DNA of 63,025 nt, filler included, from Trichomonas gallinae (GCA_008369845.1; 4 parts of 4 records of this genome joined end to end with filler, not necessarily neighbours in it), one strand, 5' to 3'. Shown: positions 1 through 10,424, counted from the whole stretch's first letter. The notes: a model not told the origin generated them from the letters alone. Made by a program: numbers and translations.

Positions 1-216
1 CGGATATGTAGTCTAAATATCGTTGTTGGGATACATCCTCTATATCTAGAATGGCAAGTAGCCCGCATCATATACTACTTATTTTATTGTAAAATCTGGA
101 TTTATATTTTAGTGTTTTCGCATGGTTTATCATGTATATATTCTATTTTTGCTAAGAGATCGGCTGAAAACCAATATTTTGCCAATTGGATTGTCAACCA
201 CAATGATACTCGATGA
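1..216 (+). CDS. possible 3' end of a CDS entering from the window edge
   Basis: Frame 1 is open for 71 codons (RICSLNIVVG...HNDTR) to TGA at 214-216 in AT-rich DNA; no start in the window and no recognisable motif. Confidence 0.25.
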   Translation, partial: RICSLNIVVGIHPLYLEWQVARIIYYLFYCKIWIYILVFSHGLSCIYSIFAKRSAENQYFANWIVNHNDTR

Positions 217-503
217 TTCGACTATTATTTCCATGCAAGAAAGAGTGAATTATGGATGCTGTTTGGCGCATACTGATGTAATCATGTAAATTTATAATTT
301 TCCAAAAATATTATCAGTTATTTCTTATAATAAACACACAATATTATTAGACTATGCATAAATATGATAATTTCATTAATCAAATGTAGAGTTATCCAAT
401 AAAAAAAAATATTTCATAAATTAATTCTATATAGTTTTAAAAATACAAATAACTACAAATATGCTTTAAATTCGAGGGAGAAAAGAGATTCTTCATTTCG
501 AAT

Positions 504-1235
504 TTACAAGAATATTTTTGAATAATAAGAACAAACGTGAATAACGTAATTAGAAAACAAAGCAAGTGTAGCCAAAGTTGGATTCTTTTCGTATTTCGAT
601 GTGATTATTGCATCAAAAACTAAAATACCAAAATTCTGAATAATTTGTGTGATAAATGATGGTAAATCGTTCTTAAAGATTAATGTTTGGGATTTCTTGA
701 TAAGGAGGAATAGAGCAGATAGGAAAATAGAAAGACTATAGATCGATATTTTCGCATAATATGGATATTGCAGCCTAAGATAGAAAACCGCAATTTCAAG
801 GGCAATACTTATTATTGCTTGTATGATATCTATCTGACCATCAATGATATATAATAATGAAAAAATAATGGGGAAGCAAATCGAAAACAGCGGATATTTG
901 TGATAAGCCAACAATGCAACCATTGTTACAATTGCAATTGGTCGATTTGGAACATTGCATTTGTTCATTCTGTAGAATTCTCTTGGAACAACTTTGAAGG
1001 TGAATATTTTCGAGAAGAACGGATATGCAAGGAAGTAAAGGACAACGATTGGAACTAAATTCGAGTGGAAATTCACGAAATATAAGTAGAAGTCGTTGAA
1101 TTTATTTTTATTTGAATAGGAAAACCCGAATAATACAAGTTCCAGAACAATTGTGAAGTACTGAGGTACAAACATCTGTTCGATGTATACAATAAACGTT
1201 CTGCAAAACACTGGAAGATGGTCACGAATAGGCAT
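504..1235 (-). CDS. multi-pass membrane protein, possibly degenerate PAP2-like
   Basis: 243-aa ORF with many hydrophobic helices; spacing of KIFTFKVVPR / VPNRP / YIIDGQIDIIQ loosely resembles PAP2 C1-C3 without catalytic residues. Confidence 0.6.
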   Translation of the reverse strand: MPIRDHLPVFCRTFIVYIEQMFVPQYFTIVLELVLFGFSYSNKNKFNDFYLYFVNFHSNLVPIVVLYFLAYPFFSKIFTFKVVPREFYRMNKCNVPNRPIAIVTMVALLAYHKYPLFSICFPIIFSLLYIIDGQIDIIQAIISIALEIAVFYLRLQYPYYAKISIYSLSIFLSALFLLIKKSQTLIFKNDLPSFITQIIQNFGILVFDAIITSKYEKNPTLATLALFSNYVIHVCSYYSKIFL

Positions 1236-1297
1236 TATTTATTTTGACACGTAAATAAACATAATCATTCGAAAAATGACATGTAAGACATTTTTTC

Positions 1298-1431
1298 ACA
1301 AAGGTAGTCCGGCAGATTTTTTAATATTGTCATATTTGCCAAGTAAATTTAATATTTTGTCGTGTAAAAATTAATATTTGTCAAGTAAAACAAATAACAA
1401 AGGTAGTCCGGCAGATTTTTTAATATTGTCA
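1298..1431 (+). repeat. perfect 35-bp direct repeat (duplicated left TIR region)
   Basis: ACAAAGGTAGTCCGGCAGATTTTTTAATATTGTCA at 1298-1332 and 1397-1431. Confidence 0.95.
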
Positions 1432-1601
1432 AAAAAGGCCCCTGCTTATAAAACGGGTCAGGTTCGACGCTACAGTAGAGCAAAAGAAAACTCCACCGGG
1501 ATTTTTTTGATGGGAATCTAGCATTTTAATGGTCACTATGTGTTCATTCTATATTATTAATTTACAGAATTTTTAGTTGTATTTTTCTGCCGGACAACCT
1601 T
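1301..1601. mobile_element. non-autonomous Mutator-like MITE with 16-bp TIRs and 10-bp TSD
   Basis: Left AAGGTAGTCCGGCAGA (1301-1316) and right TCTGCCGGACAACCTT (1586-1601) are inverted at 15/16; TTTTTTCACA lies directly on both sides (1291-1300, 1602-1611); no ORF inside. Confidence 0.7.
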
Positions 1602-1620
1602 TTTTTTCACAAACGAATTA

Positions 1621-1795
1621 TTTTGACATGTAAACATAATACTTACCACGTAAAATCTCAATTTTAACATGTAATATATTACATGTCACGTAAGATCTTT
1701 AAGTTTGTCATGTAAATTATTATTTGACAATTCACCAAAATCATTATAGTATTTGCCACGTAAACTCATAAATTCGAAATATTTGTCATGTAACT
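1621..1795 (+). promoter_or_regulatory. array of TTTGNCANGTAAA-like motifs upstream of ankyrin gene
   Basis: TTTGACATGTAAA, TTACCACGTAAA, TTAACATGTAA, TGTCACGTAA, TTTGTCATGTAAA, TTTGCCACGTAAA, TTTGTCATGTAA, the first five spaced 19-22 bp. Confidence 0.55.
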
Positions 1796-1878
1796 GAAAA
1801 TTTTTGACTATTTTGACTTTTTTGACCAATTAATTTCAAGTAAAGATGAAGTGTCAAATCAAAAGTGTCATAAATTTT

Positions 1879-3480
1879 ATGAGTGAAGTAAATCTAGAGA
1901 AAATCATTGAACTTCAAAAGGCATTGAATACTCTTAACAGCCACAACATTGAGCATGCTAAAGAAGTTATTCTCAACTCTCCTTACACATCCGATATCCA
2001 CGGATTGCGTCAAATTGCACACGAATTTTGTTACGTTGTACAGAAATATCCAATTGAAGTAAGATTACTTGCTGCACTTCTTAGGGACATAGATCAGGCA
2101 GGTGAAAAATATTCCAAACTTAAAAATTTCTTAGCTGAGGAAATTATAAATCCTGCAAAGGAAATAAACAATCATTCTAAAGCAGGACCGTTTAGACTAC
2201 TTCGCTATTGCTATTTGAACGGTTTGTACAATGATACAAACATTTTCGATTTTGTGCAAAGATTTCCAAATTCAAGGAAATTGAACTTTTTCTTACTGTT
2301 TTGCTTCCTTGAGCCAGAAATTCAACATAAGTCACCAGAATTGTTTGAAAGACTCAAGCAACAAATCGAATCTTTGAAAATATCTGATAAGTATATTCAA
2401 AACGCTATTACTAACTTCAATGAGTTCCCTCTTGTCGATGTAATTGAATACGGCTGTGAAAAGAACTCAGTTAACTACAAGATTAAATTCGAAGATTCTT
2501 CTGACATAGCAGATAACGAGCCAGTGCCTTACAACCCATTCGAATCTATCACACGAAAGTTTTCGAACGCTAAAGAGTACAGAGAATTCTTAAAGAACCC
2601 ACATCAAATTCCGGAAAAGCTTACAAAGGCTGTTTTCCTTGAAGCAGCCCTTACAAACGACGTAGAGCTCGTTTCCAAGTGTCTCGCTGCAGGAATCAAC
2701 ATAGATGCAGCTGATTCTCGTGGACAAACCGCTTTAATTTCCGCCGCGTCCCTCGGGCATTGTTTAATGGTCGATTACTTACTATCAGCAGGCGCCAAAG
2801 TCAACAAGAAAGGCAGCTGGGGTGAAACATGCCTCCATGCCGCTGCAAAATGTGGGGCATTTGCAACCGTCGAAACTTTGCTTTCCCACGGCAGCGACAT
2901 ATACTGCGAAGACGAGTCCAGGTGGACACCATTCTTCGACGCCATCGATGCTGGGGCTCTCCCAGTCGCAGTCATCCTTGCAACGAAAGGAACAGACTTA
3001 AATCGTTGCGCGCGCGAAGGACAAACTCCTCTTCATGTTGCTGCATCTAACGACGACGTTTCAATTGCTGAGTTCTTAGTCACAAACGGCGCAAAAGTCG
3101 ATGCCATGGACGATTCTAAGAAAACTCCACTTATGGTTGCAGCAAGCAGAGGAAACACGCAGGTCATCGCCTTCCTTGTTGCATCTGGTGCTGCCCCTGA
3201 CACCAAAGATATTAGTGGAAGAACAGCGCTCCATCATGCTGCAGCTGCCAGTGATGTGGCTGTCGTCGAAGCACTGCTAAACAGTGGCGCATATCCAAAT
3301 ACGACAGACACACTCGGAAGGACACCATTAATGGTTGCTGCAGGTGTCAACTGCTTAGCTTGCGTTGAGTGCTTAGTCTTCAAGGGAGCAGATATTTACG
3401 CTGTCGATGAAGCTGGTAAGACTGCACTCGAGTACACGACAAACGATGAAGTCAAGGAATACCTTGGCTCTCTTGTCTAA
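1879..3480 (+). CDS. ankyrin repeat protein
   Basis: About 8 ankyrin repeats (GQTALISAA, GETCLHAAA, GQTPLHVAA, GRTALHHAA) after a helical N-terminal region; start moved to ATG 1879, just after an Inr-like TCATA (ORF track start 1846). Confidence 0.92.
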   Translation: MSEVNLEKIIELQKALNTLNSHNIEHAKEVILNSPYTSDIHGLRQIAHEFCYVVQKYPIEVRLLAALLRDIDQAGEKYSKLKNFLAEEIINPAKEINNHSKAGPFRLLRYCYLNGLYNDTNIFDFVQRFPNSRKLNFFLLFCFLEPEIQHKSPELFERLKQQIESLKISDKYIQNAITNFNEFPLVDVIEYGCEKNSVNYKIKFEDSSDIADNEPVPYNPFESITRKFSNAKEYREFLKNPHQIPEKLTKAVFLEAALTNDVELVSKCLAAGINIDAADSRGQTALISAASLGHCLMVDYLLSAGAKVNKKGSWGETCLHAAAKCGAFATVETLLSHGSDIYCEDESRWTPFFDAIDAGALPVAVILATKGTDLNRCAREGQTPLHVAASNDDVSIAEFLVTNGAKVDAMDDSKKTPLMVAASRGNTQVIAFLVASGAAPDTKDISGRTALHHAAAASDVAVVEALLNSGAYPNTTDTLGRTPLMVAAGVNCLACVECLVFKGADIYAVDEAGKTALEYTTNDEVKEYLGSLV

Positions 3481-4049
3481 AGGGAACAAAAAATTATGTT
3501 AAACATTAGTTATTTCGATCTTTCGAATTTTTAGAAACTTGATTAGTAGCATATTTTATGTAATCTTGTGGACTGCTTCCTTCATAAAACCACTCCAATT
3601 CCCTTGTTAACGTGCGCACACATCAAAGAAGTGTTTTATGAATTGAATACATCAACATAATTGAAAAATGACGATTCCATAAAAATGTCGAAAAACTGTA
3701 GTAACAATTGTATATTATTTATTTTTTGAACAACCGAAGATGACATGAAAATCTAGATTGACTCATACCGATATTTTGTATGAAATTAATCGTCAATCAT
3801 ATTTGAATATCTCTATAATCTAATATAAACATTTATTATAACAAAACAATATATATATATATTTGAAGAAATTGCTTGCTAACTTGAATCAAAACTCGTT
3901 AGCCAATAATTAAAGAATGAATTCATATTAATGAATTAGTTCATGTTAGTGAATTATGCTTCTTAAAAATTTTTTTGCTGTTTCAAAAAGAGGAGATGAG
4001 GACATGACTCTTGGTACTGAAGCTATACTTGCGATATTAAGCTTTTGTG

Positions 4050-6881
4050 TTATTGAAAGTTTTCCAACATCTGGTTAACCAACGAAGTAATTTGATCTTT
4101 GTTTTCGTGGGATTGGAGATATCGCGTGTTATACTTAGCAATGAATCTTTCGAAAGTGATTGGATCGATTGAGTTACGAACAGTATCATCACTCAGATAC
4201 TCAAGTAGACTCGACATGAAAAGGAACATTCTTGCATCATTCGCTCCAATATCGACGTTCGCAACGTAAAAGTAATAAATCGGAATGTATTTCACATACT
4301 TTATCGGATGGATCCGAGATAAAATAATATCTATTTCATCCATCGGTGGCTGAGGTGACATGTTGACGAGCATTGTGAATAATGCGAGGGATATTGAATC
4401 TCTGCATTCCAGTTTTTCAAAGTCAGCCATATATGTTAGTTTTCTAGTAATGTCGAAACATTTCATGCTGTTTTTTGTTGCAATGAAGAATAGGAATTTT
4501 ATGGCTGAATCGATATAAAAGATTCCTTTTCTAATCAAATCTTGTGCAAAAATTATGAGAGTTTCATAATTAATTATTGGCTCCGTGTCTCCTTCTGGTG
4601 GTAAGTAAGCCATGTAATATTCAAGCGCCAATGCTTTCTTTGCGCTGGTCGGATACTTCATCAATGCATTTACTTTGTTACCGTAATTTAAATATATATC
4701 ATATTTAGAGGCGAAAGCGAACATGTTCAAAGTTTTGATAGGAATTATCGACGTCGAATTCGCTATGAGCTCAAGTTTCTTGGACGCAGCATGCTTGATA
4801 ACATAAAAAGGTTCATCATAAAGTTTGGATTTTTTTTGGTGATTAGCTGATATAATTTCGTGAAAATATCCGTAAATGTCATCTGTCTCGTCATCATCGA
4901 TAGTTTTGATTATTTTAAACATCTCATTTTCAGCGAGATTCAAGAAAGTCACTAATTCATCTTTGTTCATAAAATCTTTATAAAATTTTTTGTAGCGAAG
5001 TTTGATATCACAAATTATGTATTTTGCAAGTTCTGCTGCCTTCAGTTTCAAGTCCTTCAGAGTATTTAAAACAATTGTCATTAATGTTGTATGATTTTCT
5101 CGAGTAATTATCCAATTGTTATCTTTAAGTATCATTATTATTACATCTAACTCGCATTCAATCAATCTGTGATTTTTTTCCAGTTCTTCAGGTACGGAAG
5201 CTCTTTCATCTAAATCATTCATGACGTTATTAAAAATCAAATTAATGTAGTCCCTTTCTTTAATTCTTCTGTATAAGGCCGAAAATAAATTCAATCCGCT
5301 TATCTTTATTTCCAAGTTTCCGCTTCCCATCTGATAAAGCGCTAAATCCTTTATTTCCTGCAATTTGTAGTCCATGCATGTTCCGAGAGATCTGACAAGC
5401 GTCTCAATGATTTTCGTTCCGTCAAGAATTTGTCCAAAGTGTATAAGATAGTTTCCAAAATTGTAGAGATTGACATAATTCTCTTCAGCTCTTCCTTTCA
5501 TATATGCAATGAAAGAGCAGAGCATCATCAACGTAATATTGCTGATTTTTTTGCCTTTGATTCTTGAAAGTATCGGAGTGTAATCGAAAGTGTTTGGATG
5601 ATGTTTCATCAACATGCACAGACAATTTGTGGCCAGTTCACTTTGTGTTCTATCGATGTAGCGATACAAAAAGCCTTGTAGATCGTAAAGAGGCTTGCAT
5701 TCTAAATGAGAGCTGTGATTGATTATATTCAATATCATGTCTAGTAAATAATATCTTACATTTTCATTTCCAATTAATCGAATAATATCAGTAAACATTG
5801 GCAGATCATCGATAATATTTGCTACTAATCTAGGATACATATCAATTAAAGTATTGATAAACAGAGAAGCACAAATAATTTCAGTCTTGCCATTTAAAAA
5901 TCTTGCGCGAAGTTGTAACAAATTATCACAAACGGTTCTAAATGGCAATGCTTCAGCTACACTTCTTAGTACTGGAATGCAGCATTCTATCACCTGGTTG
6001 TAGTAATCAAGTGTTGGATCATATAATAGACAAATTTTAGTGTAAACATTATCAATTATATTTCCCAGTTTTAGCTCAAATATTTTTTGATCTCTATGGG
6101 AAATAATTGCTGCTAAAAAATCAAAGGCTGCAATTAACATCGTGGAATTTGTTATATTATATGCTGGCTCTAACATTTGTGATACTTGTTGGTAAAATTT
6201 TACAAAATTAACCAAATCTTCTGTTTTGCTGATCATTTTTATCAATGCTGTGCAACAAATCGAAAATTCTTTTTCGCATTTTGCCGATATTAGGAATTGA
6301 AATGCCACGCTCATGTGATCAAGGAATATTTCGATATTTTCACGTCCATTGGGGATATCGGAAAAATATGTAAAAATATTAGCAATCATTGGTGGATCAT
6401 TTAAAACAAGGCCTGCATGAAACATACTCGAATATCTGTGAGGAGATATAAATTTTGCATATTGAAGTAAGTAAGAAGCGGTGTGAAAGTCAGATAAATA
6501 AATTAATTTGTCAATTCTATTCAGAACAGCAAAGATTTCAAAAATATATGGCTTTACTGCATCTAAAATTCCTAATATGTGTGGTTTCAGCTCGTTACTA
6601 ACTCTTGCAAACTTTTTTGTGAAATATCTGAGAGTTTCATCGAGAAAATCTTCATCTTCAAATAAATCTCTTTGTGTAAAGTAATTTCTGTATACAACTA
6701 AACAATATTTCAAAATATCTTCACTTGATTCTAATTCAAGAAAATCTTCTAATTCAAAAAGTGCATGAGGCGAGTTTAAAATTTCCAATAACCTTGGCTG
6801 TATTTCCTTGATAGTCGATCCATCAGTTATCGCGAGCTGAGGAAGCAATTCTTTAAGCTCATCAACATGTTGATTTAACAT
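4050..6881 (-). CDS. HEAT/ARM-type alpha-solenoid protein
   Basis: 943-aa ORF, amphipathic helical Leu/Ile-rich throughout, karyopherin-like size. Confidence 0.75.
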   Translation of the reverse strand: MLNQHVDELKELLPQLAITDGSTIKEIQPRLLEILNSPHALFELEDFLELESSEDILKYCLVVYRNYFTQRDLFEDEDFLDETLRYFTKKFARVSNELKPHILGILDAVKPYIFEIFAVLNRIDKLIYLSDFHTASYLLQYAKFISPHRYSSMFHAGLVLNDPPMIANIFTYFSDIPNGRENIEIFLDHMSVAFQFLISAKCEKEFSICCTALIKMISKTEDLVNFVKFYQQVSQMLEPAYNITNSTMLIAAFDFLAAIISHRDQKIFELKLGNIIDNVYTKICLLYDPTLDYYNQVIECCIPVLRSVAEALPFRTVCDNLLQLRARFLNGKTEIICASLFINTLIDMYPRLVANIIDDLPMFTDIIRLIGNENVRYYLLDMILNIINHSSHLECKPLYDLQGFLYRYIDRTQSELATNCLCMLMKHHPNTFDYTPILSRIKGKKISNITLMMLCSFIAYMKGRAEENYVNLYNFGNYLIHFGQILDGTKIIETLVRSLGTCMDYKLQEIKDLALYQMGSGNLEIKISGLNLFSALYRRIKERDYINLIFNNVMNDLDERASVPEELEKNHRLIECELDVIIMILKDNNWIITRENHTTLMTIVLNTLKDLKLKAAELAKYIICDIKLRYKKFYKDFMNKDELVTFLNLAENEMFKIIKTIDDDETDDIYGYFHEIISANHQKKSKLYDEPFYVIKHAASKKLELIANSTSIIPIKTLNMFAFASKYDIYLNYGNKVNALMKYPTSAKKALALEYYMAYLPPEGDTEPIINYETLIIFAQDLIRKGIFYIDSAIKFLFFIATKNSMKCFDITRKLTYMADFEKLECRDSISLALFTMLVNMSPQPPMDEIDIILSRIHPIKYVKYIPIYYFYVANVDIGANDARMFLFMSSLLEYLSDDTVRNSIDPITFERFIAKYNTRYLQSHENKDQITSLVNQMLENFQ

Positions 6882-6892
6882 AAATTTTTATA

Positions 6893-7076
6893 AATTTACA
6901 AGTCAAGATTTATATTTACAAGGCAAAATATCTTTTACATGTCAAATTAAAATAATATTTGAATCTATTTTACAAGACAAAAATATGCTTACATGTCATA
7001 TATATAGTTTTTTGAATAGTTTATTTTTGACAACGAACAAACCTTTACAAGACAAAAAAAGTTTTACATGTCATAA
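6893..7076. promoter_or_regulatory. array of seven TTTACANGNCA motifs in divergent promoter
   Basis: TTTACAAGTCAA, TTTACAAGGCAA, TTTACATGTCAA, TTTACAAGACAA, TTACATGTCA, TTTACAAGACAA, TTTACATGTCA, in groups with 19-20 bp spacing; includes a ~75-bp degenerate duplication. Confidence 0.55.
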
Positions 7077-7143
7077 TTTCATATTTTGAATAGCTTATTT
7101 TTAAAATTTTTGACAAAAAGCAGATTTTTTATTTAAACGTGCA

Positions 7144-8544
7144 ATGGATGAGAGTGGACGTAGATCTCGATGGGGAGCAACAATTAAACACTTATTCGGC
7201 AACGAGTTCTATGACCATGTAATTTACTACGATGTTGTCGGTTGTTCTTTTAAATCTTCCTTACAATTTATCGTTATAACGGATATTGATTTATATATTT
7301 ACGATTTAGGTACTAAAAAAGTTCCAGAACCATTTTGCAAGCTATGGGACATCATGGAAATAGACTCTGATCATGAAACTCCTGAAACTTTCAGATTGTA
7401 TCCAGAATATGAACCACATAGGATTATTATCTGCGTTGATGGATTGTACCATGCGCTTTATACTTTCGAAACAGGCACAGATCTTTACTGGAGACTTTCA
7501 ACATCAATAGAAAACGCAAAAAGACATAAAATCATTGGAATTGACCCAGGCACAAAAGAGCCTGATCATATACGACTTGTTACAATTGATGGAAAGGAAA
7601 TTTCTCTACATAGTTTTTATGCGCAAAAATTTAATAAAATTGCTTCTCATGTTGTCCACGAAATCAATCACGAGACGAGAATGAAGGCTATGTCAGAGCT
7701 TGAAGAAATATCTTCGCAGTATTTCGCAATCAGAATTATTTTCTTTCAATCATCTTATTTAGTTCAATATCTTATGGATACGTTAGCATTTTTGAGTGAC
7801 TATCACTCAGTTCCTCCACAAATTACAAGCAACAGAATACAACAAGTTCAGCTTATTAAATCAATTTTAGATACTTTTCAATTTTATCTTCGCGGCTCTG
7901 CATCTGTTCACGATGCGCTTAGATTGATCACGTATAATAGCGGAGAGCACTTTAAGACACTTCTTCGCTCATGTTTTAAAGTTGAATATTTTATAATTTC
8001 GCAACCAAAGCGTGCAAATTTCTTTTTAAGGAAGAGCTTCAACTCAGAGAAGTATCTAACTGAATTGCAATCAGTAGAAATGACAGTTCCATCACTTTGC
8101 TATCATCTCTATGGTTTATCCAATATATCTGTTCGCAAAGTCACCGTTCAGAACGTTATTGGCATCTTCAATGAGATAATCAACCAGGAGATAGACAATA
8201 TCGTCACTGGCCCGCTTCATACTATTGCATTTATGACAATCCAGCTCGGATATCTCGTAAAAGACACAGAAGTCACAGACTATGTTGCTTACACGTTCCA
8301 CGATCACATATGGTTCCTTGATTTCATTTGCTCGAAATATCCTGCTGCGGCGCTGATGGTTAAGAATGATTTCGAGATTGAGCTCAACTTCGTCTTGACT
8401 GAAGAGAGGATATCAAAAGAAACGTTCCAGCATTTCTTATTATACGGAGAACTCGTGAAAGTTCTTCGCCACCTCAAACAGGTTTTGAAGACGGCAACAC
8501 CTAAGAGAGGAAACATGGATCACCTCCCTGTTCATTTTAGATGA
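7144..8544 (+). CDS. C12orf56/DUF4551-like protein (PH-like N-terminus plus helical domain)
   Basis: N-terminus RRSRWGATIKHLFGNEFYDHVIYYD...FIVITDIDLYIYD...LWDIMEIDSDHETPETF...HRIII resembles the C12orf56 N-terminus as recalled. Confidence 0.6.
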   Translation: MDESGRRSRWGATIKHLFGNEFYDHVIYYDVVGCSFKSSLQFIVITDIDLYIYDLGTKKVPEPFCKLWDIMEIDSDHETPETFRLYPEYEPHRIIICVDGLYHALYTFETGTDLYWRLSTSIENAKRHKIIGIDPGTKEPDHIRLVTIDGKEISLHSFYAQKFNKIASHVVHEINHETRMKAMSELEEISSQYFAIRIIFFQSSYLVQYLMDTLAFLSDYHSVPPQITSNRIQQVQLIKSILDTFQFYLRGSASVHDALRLITYNSGEHFKTLLRSCFKVEYFIISQPKRANFFLRKSFNSEKYLTELQSVEMTVPSLCYHLYGLSNISVRKVTVQNVIGIFNEIINQEIDNIVTGPLHTIAFMTIQLGYLVKDTEVTDYVAYTFHDHIWFLDFICSKYPAAALMVKNDFEIELNFVLTEERISKETFQHFLLYGELVKVLRHLKQVLKTATPKRGNMDHLPVHFR

Positions 8545-8968
8545 TTTTGTTATAAAAATAGATTTGTTTATTTTAGATTTACAAAAACAACAAGTTTTTA
8601 ATCTGCAACTATGATATATCAAAACACAGGTAAAAATGATACCAATCATCAAATTCATTTTGTAATAAGACTGCAATTTCATATATTTTTTTTATCATTT
8701 TTCTAATAAATGTCTGTATTTCAAAAAATAATTTTAGAATTTTCTATATAACTTAGAATAGATGACTTAGATGTGGAAATTTCATTACGTAAGTATATTA
8801 TTGGTTTTCGTTTTTATTAAATCAATTTATAGGATTCAAAAAAGGTTTAATTTGTAGCCCATATATACTGCACTTGAACAATCACTATCAATTTTGAAAT
8901 TAAGAAATAATAACAATAATTTACATTAATTACTAATGATATAATATAAACAAAACAACAAAAAGTTA

Positions 8969-10348
8969 TTAGTCGAAGGAAAAACCGAGTTTGGCAAGTG
9001 CTGCACTCTGTGGTTTCGGCTTATAAGTAAATCCAAGGAATGCGTAGTTAGCAAGCTTCGTGAGCAAGCCATTAGCCCTTAGGTCTAGCTTGGTAAGGTC
9101 GAAATGGTCGAAGTGCGCAGTATCTAATGGATCAGAACAAACTGGACGAACTGGTGTCTTATTTTGTAGAATATTCTCAAAATCAAACCCAGTAAAGAAG
9201 GCGTGGTGAACAATTTCGTCAAAATCGTACCTATTTTCGATATCACATAAAAGATGTCTAAGCAAATCTAATGCAGAGACTGGAACAGGCCTTGATGCTG
9301 GAATTCTAAGAGATTTCTTCCAGTTAATAATTCTGAAAACGGTTTCGTTCTTAGAATCGCTTGAAAAAGGCGTAAAACCATAAAGCATTTCATATAAAAT
9401 TACTCCGAGAGACCACCAGTCGTTCTTAACATTCGGTGGATCGCCTCGAAGAACCTCTGGAGCTGTATAGTCAACAGTTCCAATAACTGAATTTCTGTGG
9501 TGATGTCTTTGCTGTTGTGACGGTACGATAGGATTATCAGAGTCTAACATTAGATCCTGTGTCTCGCGCAGGAGTTCGTCATAATCTGCGTCATTTTTAT
9601 TATAAGCTGATGCAATACCAAAATCGGTAAGTTTAATATGTCCAGTTGATGCTATAAGGATATTATCTGGCTTAAGATCTGAGTGAATAAAGCCTAACTG
9701 ATGAACTGAATGAACAGCTAAAATAATTTCAGCTGTAAAAAATCGTGCTACTTTCGGTACGAATGTGCCAACCTTAATAAGAGCGTTCATGAGATCACCG
9801 CCTTGAACAAACTCTAAAATTAAGTAAAGATGTTCTTCATCTTGAAATGAGCAAAACAATTTAACAATCCAAGGGTTGTCGGCAAATGCTAATATATCTC
9901 TCTCGTTTCTTGTTGCGGTAATTTGATCTGAGACAATAACGTCTGATTTTCGGATAATTTTCATCGCGTAAGGCTGCTCTGTTTTTCTATCTGTTACAAG
10001 CCATACATCAGCAAAACCACCACGTCCAATTAGTGTGATGAAATTGTAGTTATCTGGCTTTATTTTCGAACGTTGAAATCTAGTATATTCAGATTCTTCT
10101 TTTGCGAATTCTTGTATAATCGCATCTTTCTCTTCTTGAGACAAATCTGACTTTTCGAGGTGTTCTACCAAATATTGCATTCTTTCTTCACGCATTTCTC
10201 TTTGCTGATTAATTTTGAAAAAGTGATCCTCTAGATATCGTTTTGCGGCCTCACTTTTAAGGATGGTCTCCTTTGAAGGGGCCTGACTGTCCAGTTTTGC
10301 AATTGGCGTCGGCATTGTGTATCTGCCAGGACGCCTAACAACAGACAT
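8969..10348 (-). CDS. NDR/LATS-family AGC Ser/Thr kinase
   Basis: MOB-binding N-terminal region (AAKRYLEDHF...KEESEYTRFQR), GRGGFADV, YAMK, HSDLKPDN, DFG, insert, GTVDYTAPE, hydrophobic motif FLGFTY; first ATG at 10348. Confidence 0.93.
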   Translation of the reverse strand: MSVVRRPGRYTMPTPIAKLDSQAPSKETILKSEAAKRYLEDHFFKINQQREMREERMQYLVEHLEKSDLSQEEKDAIIQEFAKEESEYTRFQRSKIKPDNYNFITLIGRGGFADVWLVTDRKTEQPYAMKIIRKSDVIVSDQITATRNERDILAFADNPWIVKLFCSFQDEEHLYLILEFVQGGDLMNALIKVGTFVPKVARFFTAEIILAVHSVHQLGFIHSDLKPDNILIASTGHIKLTDFGIASAYNKNDADYDELLRETQDLMLDSDNPIVPSQQQRHHHRNSVIGTVDYTAPEVLRGDPPNVKNDWWSLGVILYEMLYGFTPFSSDSKNETVFRIINWKKSLRIPASRPVPVSALDLLRHLLCDIENRYDFDEIVHHAFFTGFDFENILQNKTPVRPVCSDPLDTAHFDHFDLTKLDLRANGLLTKLANYAFLGFTYKPKPQSAALAKLGFSFD

Positions 10349-10424
10349 TTTTTTTGATCGATATTTAAGGGTTTGCTTCCAATTCAAATATAGACCCTGT
10401 GAAAAATTGCGATCAATTACGTGA

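Noticed and set aside
1298..1431. 35-bp direct repeats resembling a CRISPR repeat-spacer
   Set aside because: Only two copies, eukaryotic context, no cas genes; explained by the MITE end.
1455..1530. GGTTCGAC B-box-like and ATTTTTTTG Sm-like sites suggesting a tRNA or snRNA
   Set aside because: No cloverleaf or snRNA consensus; lies inside the MITE.
3990..4022. ATGAGGA…CTGA as a C/D snoRNA
   Set aside because: Imperfect box C, boxes too close together, lies in a 3' UTR.
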